From positions 1 to 26,048 of the IMG/VR virus record IMGVR_UViG_3300032261_000065: 26,048 nucleotides of DNA, one strand, 5' to 3'. The notes below the pieces were generated by a model that searched no databases, was not told the DNA's origin, and was given only the letters and a program-made list of their open reading frames with translations. The DNA comes from a virus. Lineage: Duplodnaviria; Caudoviricetes. Shown piece after piece: positions 16,195 to 23,864 of the stretch (its first letter is position 1; the number at the start of each line of letters is the position of its first letter). A program made the position numbers and the translations under genes.

Positions 16195-16997
16195 TGCTGA
16201 GCCCAGGCCAGGTGTACCGGACGCGGCTGACGGTCGGCGACGGTTCCACGTCGGCCTCCACGGTGGCGCTGACGATCACCAAGCCGGACGGGACGGCGGT
16301 CACCCCGGCCCCGGTGCCGGTGAACAGCCCGCCGTCGTCAGGCAGCTACTACTACGACTACCTGCTGAGTATGCCGGGGCTGCACAAGTTCGCGTGGGTG
16401 ACGCAGGGGCCGGGGACGGCGCCGACGCCGGAGTACATCAACGTCCGCAGCTTCATCTCCATCGTGTCGATGGCCGAGGTCAAGGCACATCTGAATAAGA
16501 CGACCACCACCGACGACGATGAGCTATCCGCCTACCTGATGGCGGCCACCGAACTGGTGGAGGACCGGGTCGGGATCTGCGTCGCCCGCTCGTTCACGTG
16601 CGAGGTGGACGACGGCCAGTGGGCGCTGGTGCTGCCGTACCGGCCGGTGATCAGTGTGCAGTCGGTGACTTCGATCTGGCCCGGTGGCCCGTCGTGGGCG
16701 GACCCGAGCCTGTTCGTGGTGGACGGCGAGGCGGGGATCATCCGGCTGGCCGCGATGCTGCCGTTCTGGTGGGGGCCGTGGACGGTGACGCTGACCGCCG
16801 GGCGGCAGCAGATCGCCGAGCGGTGGATTCACGCGGTGAAAGAGCAGATCCGCCACCTGTGGGAGACCCAGCGCGGGTCGATGCCGCCGGCGCTGCTCCA
16901 GGGTGAGGAGGTGTTCGCCTCCACCACGGGGTTCACGTTCAGCGTGCCCCGGCGGGTGCTGGAGTTGCTGGAGACCGACATGGTGCCGTCGTCATGA
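16191..16997 (+). CDS. Head-tail adaptor (gp6/gp15-like) with an extra N-terminal Ig-like domain
   Basis: IVSMAEVKAHLN...DDDELSAYLMAATELVE...HLWETQRG; N-terminal VALTITKPDGT...YYYDY...GLHKFAW beta domain. Confidence 0.85.
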   Translation: MMLSPGQVYRTRLTVGDGSTSASTVALTITKPDGTAVTPAPVPVNSPPSSGSYYYDYLLSMPGLHKFAWVTQGPGTAPTPEYINVRSFISIVSMAEVKAHLNKTTTTDDDELSAYLMAATELVEDRVGICVARSFTCEVDDGQWALVLPYRPVISVQSVTSIWPGGPSWADPSLFVVDGEAGIIRLAAMLPFWWGPWTVTLTAGRQQIAERWIHAVKEQIRHLWETQRGSMPPALLQGEEVFASTTGFTFSVPRRVLELLETDMVPSS

Positions 16998-17455
16998 CGG
17001 CGGGGTCGACCCTGCCCGCTGCGGTGGCGGTGCTGGTCGCCGACTTTTCGGTGATCGCCCTGGACGGCGAGGTGCGCGACGGCCCGCAGGTGGGCGACAC
17101 CGAGGCACGCGAGGTGATCAGCGTCGGGTACATCGGCCCCGACGATGACGCCTCGGCGGAGGCGACGCTCGCCTCCGGCGGCCTCGGCGGCCCGCCGGCC
17201 GGGCTCGCCGAGACGTACCAGGTGCACTGCGCGGTCGCGGTGTCCTCGGGCAACGAGGACGTGCGGGCGACGCGGGAGCGGGCGTTCGCCATCTTCGCCG
17301 AGTGCGCGCAGCGGCTCGCCGCCGACGGCACGCTGCACAACACCGTGGCCGACGCCTCGCTGTCTACCTGGCAGTTGCGGGAGGACATGACGACCGGCGG
17401 GATGGTGGCCCGCATCCGGTTCGACGTGTCGGTCCAGGCGTGGGCCGGCCGCTGA
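16994..17455 (+). CDS. Putative tail terminator / neck protein
   Basis: Position; ETYQVHCAV...RERAFAIFAECAQRLAADGTL...ARIRFDVSVQA pattern. Confidence 0.65.
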   Translation: MTAGSTLPAAVAVLVADFSVIALDGEVRDGPQVGDTEAREVISVGYIGPDDDASAEATLASGGLGGPPAGLAETYQVHCAVAVSSGNEDVRATRERAFAIFAECAQRLAADGTLHNTVADASLSTWQLREDMTTGGMVARIRFDVSVQAWAGR

Positions 17456-17482
17456 TCACACCACATTGAGGGAGGGCCAGGG

Positions 17483-17824
17483 ATGGCCGCTTACACGTTG
17501 CAGGCGTTCCCGCACGCGGGCGCGGCAATCACCTACACCCAGCCCGCGACGGGCACGGCCAACACGGCGGTGTGCGGCCAGGACTGCGCGCTGCTGATCA
17601 AGAACGGGTCGGGCTCGCCGATCACGGTGACGCTCGTGGTGCCGCCCGTCAAAACCTTCGACGGGCTGGTGCTGCCGAACCGGACGTTTTCGGTGGCGGC
17701 GGGCGCCGACGCGATCATCCCGCTGATCGACGCCGACTACACCGACCCGGCCACCGGGCTGTGCACGTGGGGCGTGTCGGCCAACACCACGGTCGTCGCG
17801 GCCGAGATCACCACGTCTAGCTGA
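17483..17824 (+). CDS. Hypothetical beta-rich virion protein (113 aa)
   Basis: GGAGG RBS; LLIKNGSGSPITVTL; located in the neck-tail cluster. Confidence 0.7.
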   Translation: MAAYTLQAFPHAGAAITYTQPATGTANTAVCGQDCALLIKNGSGSPITVTLVVPPVKTFDGLVLPNRTFSVAAGADAIIPLIDADYTDPATGLCTWGVSANTTVVAAEITTSS

Positions 17825-17835
17825 GGGAGGCCGTC

Positions 17836-18105
17836 ATGGGCACGCCACTGGAACCGGGGTGGGTGCGGATCATCCACGAGGAGACCGGCGGGATCACCGA
17901 GGTGCACCGCGACGGGCTCCAGGCGTACTACCAGAGCGGCTGGGCGCTGCTCACGGCGGACAACGCGCCGCCGGCGCAGGAGGCGCCGCCGGAGCCTGCG
18001 CCGGCGAGCGAGGCGCAGGTCGCCGACAAGCGGGCCGCGCGGGCCAAAAAGGCCGCAGCGGCGGAGGACGACAACAAGCCGGCCGAGCAGGCTGGGAAGG
18101 AGTGA
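17836..18105 (+). CDS. Hypothetical protein (89 aa)
   Basis: GGAGG RBS; WVRIIHEETGG...YYQSGW, then Pro/Ala/Lys-rich tail. Confidence 0.7.
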   Translation: MGTPLEPGWVRIIHEETGGITEVHRDGLQAYYQSGWALLTADNAPPAQEAPPEPAPASEAQVADKRAARAKKAAAAEDDNKPAEQAGKE

Positions 18106-18111
18106 GGGCAG

Positions 18112-18594
18112 ATGGCGCCTCCACCGCTGAACGTCACGTCGCGGTACCTGCCAGAAGGCACCCGCAAGGTGTATTGGGTGCCGACGATCGCGGTTCAGGC
18201 GAGCCCGACGCGGGCGGAACTGAACGCGGGCATCGACCTGAGCGCGGAGATCTTCGATGTCACCGGGTTCTCGGTCACCTCCAACTCCATCGAGGTGCCG
18301 GACTTGTCGTCCCGGTTCACCGCGAAGATCCCCGGCCTGATCGTCGCCGATGACAGCGCGCTGGTGATCTACGCCTCGCAGAACTCCAACGACGTGCGGA
18401 CGGTGCTGCCGCGTGACACGGCGGGGTTTGTGGCGATGCTGTGGGAGGGCGATGTCGCGGGGCAGAAGATGGACATTTTCCCCGTCAAGATCGCGGCCAC
18501 GTCGATCCTGACCCCGATCGGGGACCCGGCGCGGATCAACGTGGCGATCACGATCACCAAGGTGCCGTCGCAGAACGTCGTCATCCCGCCGTGA
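18112..18594 (+). CDS. Major tail (tube) protein
   Basis: KVYWVPTIA...PTRAELNAGIDLS...IEVPDLSSRF...IPG...DIFPV pattern of actinophage tail tube proteins; upstream of the tail chaperone. Confidence 0.85.
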   Translation: MAPPPLNVTSRYLPEGTRKVYWVPTIAVQASPTRAELNAGIDLSAEIFDVTGFSVTSNSIEVPDLSSRFTAKIPGLIVADDSALVIYASQNSNDVRTVLPRDTAGFVAMLWEGDVAGQKMDIFPVKIAATSILTPIGDPARINVAITITKVPSQNVVIPP

Positions 18595-18686
18595 TCACTG
18601 GCTTGCCCGCCTGACACCCGGAGACCGGCGCCGGGGGTGTGGCCCCGTGCCCTAACGGGGCGCGCGTGTCCCAGCGAGGAGGAGCT

Positions 18687-19130
18687 ATGGCACTGCTGTC
18701 ACGGGAGCAGATTTTCGCGGCCGAGGACCGGCCGGTGGAGGAGGTCGAGGTCCCCCAGTGGGGGGGCTCGGTGCGGGTGCGCGGCCTGGACGGGCGCGGC
18801 CGGGATGAGTATTTCGCGTCGATGACGACGATCCGCCGCCCCGGTGACCGGCCGACGATGGACACCGCCAACGCCACGGCCAAGCTGGTCGCCCGGTGCA
18901 TCGTCGGCGACGGCAACGAGCCGATGTTCACCCAGTCCGATGTGCACGCGCTGGGGGAAAAGTCCGGCGTCGCGCTGGACAAGGTGTTCACCGTCGCGCA
19001 ACGGCTGTCGGGGCTGAGCGAGGAGGACATGGCCGAACTGGGAAAAGCCTCCGAGAGCACCCCGAACGGGCGTTCTACTTCCGGCTCGCCCGCGACCTCG
19101 GGTGCACGGTCGAAACCCTCCTCGCCGTGA
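18687..19130 (+). CDS. Tail assembly chaperone (gpG-like)
   Basis: GAGGAGGAG RBS, ATG 18687; MALLSREQIFAAED...EVPQWGGSVRVRGL; LGK slippery site near the C-terminus. Confidence 0.88.
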   Translation: MALLSREQIFAAEDRPVEEVEVPQWGGSVRVRGLDGRGRDEYFASMTTIRRPGDRPTMDTANATAKLVARCIVGDGNEPMFTQSDVHALGEKSGVALDKVFTVAQRLSGLSEEDMAELGKASESTPNGRSTSGSPATSGARSKPSSP

Positions 19131-19255
19131 TCTCCTCCCGCGAACTGGGGGAGTGGATCAAGTTCTACGAACTGGAGGAGGAGCAGGGCGCGGGGGCGCG
19201 GGCCGAGGGCCGCAGCGGGCGGCGGAACCTGAGGGGGCTGTCCAGTGCCGGCTGA
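18687..19255 (+). CDS. Tail assembly chaperone gpGT-like frameshift product
   Basis: After -1 shift: KSLREHPERAFYFRLARDLGCTVETLLAVISSRELGEWIKFYELE, typical gpT pattern; no own start or RBS. Confidence 0.85.
19040..19046 (+). other. Programmed -1 ribosomal frameshift site G GGA AAA
   Basis: X XXY YYZ heptamer in the chaperone reading frame; the -1 frame stays open to 19255. Confidence 0.88.
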
Positions 19256-19811
19256 CTACATCACCGGGCCGGGGCCGGCCGAACTCAAGGCGCTGGCGCT
19301 TAAGCTGCGGGCGCAGTCCGACGGCAAGGCCAAGAAGATGCTGCGGGACCGGCTGAAAGAGGCCGCCCGGCCGGTGGCCGACGACGTGCGCGCCTCGGCG
19401 CTGGCGATGCCCGCCCGCAAATACCCCGACCGGGGGCTGCGGGCGGAGATCGCCGCGACGGTGAGCGTGTCGGTGGCGATCACCCGCACGGGGGTGCGGA
19501 TGAACGTGATCTCCTCGGGCCGCAAGATGCCCGAGGGCAAGCGGAACCTCAACGCCTACACCGACCGGCCGCAGGGCTGGTCGCACCCGGTGTTCGCGCA
19601 GGGGCCGAGGTTCCACATGGGCCGTTCGCACGCCCGCCGGTACGCGCACCGGCCCCGGTTCCTGGTGCCGATGGTGCACATCGGGAACTGGACGTGGGTG
19701 AAGCAGGTCGAGGCGCCGCGCTGGTTCGAGCGGGGCGCGTCCGGCGCCGCCGCCGACGCCAACGAGGCGGGACGGCGGGCGCTGGAGGACATCAAGCGGG
19801 ATCTGGAATAG
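19245..19811 (+). CDS. HK97 gp10-like tail completion/neck protein
   Basis: ELKALALKLR...LKEAARPVADDVR...GLRAEIA...HPVF...WVKQ...WFE; basic. Confidence 0.65.
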   Translation: MPADYITGPGPAELKALALKLRAQSDGKAKKMLRDRLKEAARPVADDVRASALAMPARKYPDRGLRAEIAATVSVSVAITRTGVRMNVISSGRKMPEGKRNLNAYTDRPQGWSHPVFAQGPRFHMGRSHARRYAHRPRFLVPMVHIGNWTWVKQVEAPRWFERGASGAAADANEAGRRALEDIKRDLE

Positions 19812-19820
19812 GAGGCGGCC

Positions 19821-20342
19821 GTGAGCGACATGCTGGCGCTGCGGCTGGAGTCGCTGGCCGCTGACTGGCAGGTGCGCCGGTTCAACCCGAACCACGCCCC
19901 GCCGGGCGCAGGCGGCGGCCAGTTCACCTCCGGCCCGCAAGGCGGCGCGCAGGCGGCCAAGCAGCAAAAGCCGCAGCGGGCGGCGAACGCCCGCGCCGCG
20001 CGGGCCAAGGGGAACCTGCTCAAACGGGCGCGGGCCGACGACGCCGAGGCCGGCAAGCTGGAGGGCCAGCTAAAGGGGCTGCGCGCCCAGCAGGCGCAAG
20101 CGCTCGCGGCGGCGGGCCGGCACCGCACGGCCAAGGCGCACCACGCCAAGCAGCACAAGGCGGCCCGCCAGCACCACATCAAGGCCCACCACGCCAAGGC
20201 GGTGGCGCATCACACCTCGGCGGCGGCGACGGCGGCGGCCACGGCGGCTGCGCTGGGCGGGCAGATCGCGGGGCTGGTGAAGCGGATCGACTCGCTGCGG
20301 GCACAAGCCAAGGCGCTGCGGGCGCAGGCCGCCAAGCTGTAG
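19821..20342 (+). CDS. Basic, Ala/His/Lys-rich coiled-coil protein with RFNP motif
   Basis: GGAGG RBS, GTG; RRFNPNHAPPGAGGGQFTSG; HHAKQHKAARQHHIKAHHAK tract. Confidence 0.75.
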   Translation: MSDMLALRLESLAADWQVRRFNPNHAPPGAGGGQFTSGPQGGAQAAKQQKPQRAANARAARAKGNLLKRARADDAEAGKLEGQLKGLRAQQAQALAAAGRHRTAKAHHAKQHKAARQHHIKAHHAKAVAHHTSAAATAAATAAALGGQIAGLVKRIDSLRAQAKALRAQAAKL

Positions 20343-20380
20343 CCCGCGCGGCCCCACACGGCCACTTGACACGATCGTCC

Positions 20381-20435
20381 GCCCCTGGCGGCCCGTGAGA
20401 TCCCCCTGCCGGGCGCGGGCCTCCAGGGGCTTTCT
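20381..20435 (+). terminator. Putative intrinsic terminator hairpin upstream of the tape measure gene
   Basis: GCCCCTGG-C-GGCCCG ... CGGGCC-T-CCAGGGGC (14 bp plus one mismatch) followed by TTTCT. Confidence 0.55.
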
Positions 20436-20477
20436 AGCGTCCCCCCAGAGGCGACGCAGGAGGGAGGCGGCACCGCC

Positions 20478-23400
20478 GTGGCTACCACCCTCAGTTTCAT
20501 CCTGCTGGGCAACGCGACCAGCCTGGAACGGGCGTTCGGCGACGCCACCCGCTCGGCCGACCAGACCTCGCGGGCGATCGACCGGAACAACTCGGCGATG
20601 CGCCGCCACCGGACCGAGTCCGACAAGACGGCCCAGCACGTGAGCACGCTGTCGGGGATCATCTCCGGGTTTGGTGACGTTTCCACCGCCGCGTCCAAAA
20701 AGCACAACATGCTCGCGCGGGCCATCGCGGGCCTGTCGCTGGCCACCGGGCCGGCGGAGTTCGCCATCTCGGCGCTGGTCGGCACGGTCGGGTCGCTGGC
20801 CGCCGGGCTGACGGCCGCCGGGCTCGGCGTCGCCGCGTACGGCGCGGCGTTCTTGCCGATCATGTCGCAGACGACGGCGCTGATGAAAAAGCAGGCCGCC
20901 GCCGCGTCCGGCGGGACGGCGGCGGTGAAGGCGTATGACAAGGCGCTGGCGGCCTCGCCGCCGGCGATCCGGGCGTTCGCCAAGGAACTGCAAGGGGTGG
21001 ACAAGCAGTGGAAGGCGTGGTCGATCTCGCTGGCTAAGCCGGTGCTGGCGCCGGTCAACGCGGCGCTCAAGCTGGTCGGGCCGCTGCTCAAGCTGATGAC
21101 GCCGTTCGTGAAGCAGGCCAGCGCCGGGTTCACCGAGCTAGTGCGGCAGATGGGGACCGGCATCCGCTCCACCGGGTTCAAGGAGTGGCTGCAAGCGATG
21201 CTGCCGCTGGTGCAGCCGGTGATCATTCAGCTTGGCGTAGCCATCGGGCACATCGTGACCGGGTTCGGCGGCATCGTCAAGGCGTTCGCCCCGTTCGCCA
21301 CCGGGGTGCTGACGGGGCTGGACAACATCACCGGCCGGTTCGCGGCGTGGAGCCGCGACCTGAGCCGGCACAGCGGGTTCCAGAAGATGCTGGATCAGTG
21401 GATCAACGACTGGCCGCTGATGAAACAGGCGCTTGAGTCCCTGGTGAAGATCGTTTTCAACATCGCCAAGGGCTGGGCGTCGATGACGGTCGGCGGCAAC
21501 TCCAAGCTGATGTGGGAGATTGCCAACCCGCTGCTGGCGCTGGCGTCATCGAAGTACCTGACGGGCAACCAGGGGCTTGTGGCGCTGTTCACCTACATCT
21601 ACCTGATCTCCAAGGCGGCCGGCCCGCTCAAGAAGGTCTTTGACGGGCTCAAGTCCGGGTGGGGGACGATCCAGAACGTCCTGTACATGCTGACCGGCGG
21701 CAAGTTCGGCAAGTCGATGCAGACCCCGGCGGACACGATGCTGCTGGCGTCGCGGAACATGCAGAAGGCGGCCGACACGATGGCCGGCGCGTCCGGGCTG
21801 GGCGCGGCGGAGGGCGGCGGCGCGGCGGGCGCGGGGGTCAAGACGGCCGAGGGCGCGGCGGGCGGCGCGGCGATCGGGCGGATACTGCGCACCGGGGCGC
21901 TGCGGTGGGGCGTGCGGCTGGGCATCGGCTGGGCGGTGACGGAACTGATCGTCAAGCCGGTGCTCCAGTCGATGCCGACCAAGGGCGGCAACTGGTGGGA
22001 CGCGCCGTTCGGCACCCAGAAGGGCAAGGGGCCGTTCAACTCGTGGCGCGACCTCGGTCATCTTGTGCTCGGCGGGTTCTGGCAGGGGATCAGCGACAAG
22101 TGGGATGAGTTCTGGAAAAACGTGTCCGCCATCCCCGGCAAGATCATCGGGATTTTCACCAAGGACTTCGGGATCACCTCGCCGTCCACGGTGATGCACC
22201 GCATCGGGTGGGAACTGATCTCCGGGCTGTACAAGGGGATCACCGACCGGATGGCCGGGATCTTCGCGTGGGTGAACCGGTGGATCGTCCACCCGCTGGT
22301 CGGGGCCGTGAAGGGGCTGCTGGGGATCAAGTCGCCGTCGCAGGTGTTCCGCGACATCGGCTGGCAGTCGATCTCGGGGATGTTCGCGGGGATCATCGCC
22401 CGCATGGCCGGGATCGCCGGGTGGGTGAACCGGTGGATCGTCCACCCGCTGGTGTCGGCGGTGAAGGGGCTGCTGGGGATCAAGTCCGCCTCGCAGGTGT
22501 TCCACGACATCGGGTGGGAGTCGATCTCGGGGATGTTCGCCGGGATCATCGACCGGATGGCGCCGATCATGTCGTGGGTGAAAAAGTGGATCGTTGACCC
22601 GCTGATCGGCGCGGTCAAACGGTTCTTTGGGATCAAGTCCCCGTCCACGGTGTTCTACGGCATCGGCCGCAACCTGACGCTGGGGCTGCTCGGCGGCCTG
22701 GCCAGCAGCCACCCGCACAACTTCATCCAAAAGATCTTCGGCGGGATGCCGGCGGCGCTGGGCCGGATCGTGATGAAAGGGCTGATCCCCGCGTCGGGGC
22801 TGCCGAAAAAGGCGATGGACGCGCTGGGCAAGCTCGGCGGCTGGTTCCAGTCGTGGTGGGACAAGCTGTTCGGCGGCGTGGTCGGCTGGCCGTTCCCGAC
22901 TAAGAGCCTGAGCCAGCTACGCCGCGTGGACGAGGGCCAGGACATGCAGTACCCCGGCTCCACCCCGGTGCCGATCCGGGCCATCGCGTCCGGGCGCGTC
23001 GTCACCCTCGGCCCCGACCCCGGCGGGTTCGGCATGGCCTACCCCGGTGAGATCTTGGACCGGGCGATTCAGGGGTTCCGCGAGATCTACTACGGGCACG
23101 TGTTCCCGCAGCCGGGGATCAGCGGCAAGCATGTGATGGCCGGGCAGACGATCGCCCACACCGGGGGCGCGACCTCCGGCGGCGACGCGGCGGGGCTGCC
23201 GAACTGGCTGGAGCTAGGGTTCTGGCCGCCGTCGTGGGCGAACGGGCCGCTGATGCACCGGGTGCTGACCGCGACGCACGGGCTGCTGGGCTTCGGCGCC
23301 CGGCTCGGCGCCGGCCCGTCGGGGGCGTGGACGCTCGGCGGCCTGGAGGGGCTGTGGGGCCGGGCGGGCGGCCCAAGCTGGGCGGCGCACGTGGCGGGGG

Positions 23401-23861
23401 CTGTCGCGCTGGCCGAGTCCGGCGGCAACCCGAAAGCGCACAACCCGTCGGGCGCGACCGGGCTGTGGCAGATCCTCGGGCAGGTGTTCCCCGGCAACCT
23501 GTGGGACCCCTACATCAACGCGCGCAACGCGGTCCGCAAGTTCTACCAGGCGGGCGGGTTCTCCCCGTGGGTGACCTATGACACCGGGGCGTACCGGCGG
23601 TTCATGGCCGCCGGCGGCGCGATCGATGAGCCGATCGCCGGGCTGGGGCTGCGCACCGGGACGCGGTACACCTTCGGCGAGGCCGGGCACGAGCAGGTGT
23701 CCAGCCAGGCCGATCTCAAGACGGTGGCGGCGCTGCTGGCGGCGGTGCTGGCCGAACTGCGGCTGCTGAACGGCCACGCCGCCGTGAACCCCGGCCGCAC
23801 AGGGCAGGCGGTCGGCGCGGCCCTGAACCGGGCAGCGGGCGCGGCTGCGCTGGTGAGGTGA
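20478..23861 (+). CDS. Tape measure protein with C-terminal M23-like and lytic transglycosylase (SLT-like) domains
   Basis: Long helical Ala/Gly-rich protein after the chaperones; GIKSPS repeats; VALAESGGNPKAHNPSGATGLWQI (catalytic Glu 23415); RVDEGQD...PIRAIASGRV...IYYGHV...VMAGQTIA. Confidence 0.93.
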   Translation: MATTLSFILLGNATSLERAFGDATRSADQTSRAIDRNNSAMRRHRTESDKTAQHVSTLSGIISGFGDVSTAASKKHNMLARAIAGLSLATGPAEFAISALVGTVGSLAAGLTAAGLGVAAYGAAFLPIMSQTTALMKKQAAAASGGTAAVKAYDKALAASPPAIRAFAKELQGVDKQWKAWSISLAKPVLAPVNAALKLVGPLLKLMTPFVKQASAGFTELVRQMGTGIRSTGFKEWLQAMLPLVQPVIIQLGVAIGHIVTGFGGIVKAFAPFATGVLTGLDNITGRFAAWSRDLSRHSGFQKMLDQWINDWPLMKQALESLVKIVFNIAKGWASMTVGGNSKLMWEIANPLLALASSKYLTGNQGLVALFTYIYLISKAAGPLKKVFDGLKSGWGTIQNVLYMLTGGKFGKSMQTPADTMLLASRNMQKAADTMAGASGLGAAEGGGAAGAGVKTAEGAAGGAAIGRILRTGALRWGVRLGIGWAVTELIVKPVLQSMPTKGGNWWDAPFGTQKGKGPFNSWRDLGHLVLGGFWQGISDKWDEFWKNVSAIPGKIIGIFTKDFGITSPSTVMHRIGWELISGLYKGITDRMAGIFAWVNRWIVHPLVGAVKGLLGIKSPSQVFRDIGWQSISGMFAGIIARMAGIAGWVNRWIVHPLVSAVKGLLGIKSASQVFHDIGWESISGMFAGIIDRMAPIMSWVKKWIVDPLIGAVKRFFGIKSPSTVFYGIGRNLTLGLLGGLASSHPHNFIQKIFGGMPAALGRIVMKGLIPASGLPKKAMDALGKLGGWFQSWWDKLFGGVVGWPFPTKSLSQLRRVDEGQDMQYPGSTPVPIRAIASGRVVTLGPDPGGFGMAYPGEILDRAIQGFREIYYGHVFPQPGISGKHVMAGQTIAHTGGATSGGDAAGLPNWLELGFWPPSWANGPLMHRVLTATHGLLGFGARLGAGPSGAWTLGGLEGLWGRAGGPSWAAHVAGAVALAESGGNPKAHNPSGATGLWQILGQVFPGNLWDPYINARNAVRKFYQAGGFSPWVTYDTGAYRRFMAAGGAIDEPIAGLGLRTGTRYTFGEAGHEQVSSQADLKTVAALLAAVLAELRLLNGHAAVNPGRTGQAVGAALNRAAGAAALVR
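22170..22700 (+). repeat. 153-bp (51-aa) tandem repeat inside the tape measure gene, ~3.5 copies
   Basis: GI[TK]S[PA]S units start at 22170, 22323, 22476 and 22629. Confidence 0.9.
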
Positions 23862-23864
23862 ACC

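Noticed and set aside
18614-18661. Two short hairpins between the tail tube and chaperone genes as an ncRNA
   Set aside because: Stems of 6-7 bp are expected by chance at this GC content; no recognisable RNA family
20366-20395. Perfect TTGACA -35 hexamer
   Set aside because: No TANNNT -10 at 16-19 nt spacing, so a promoter is not supported
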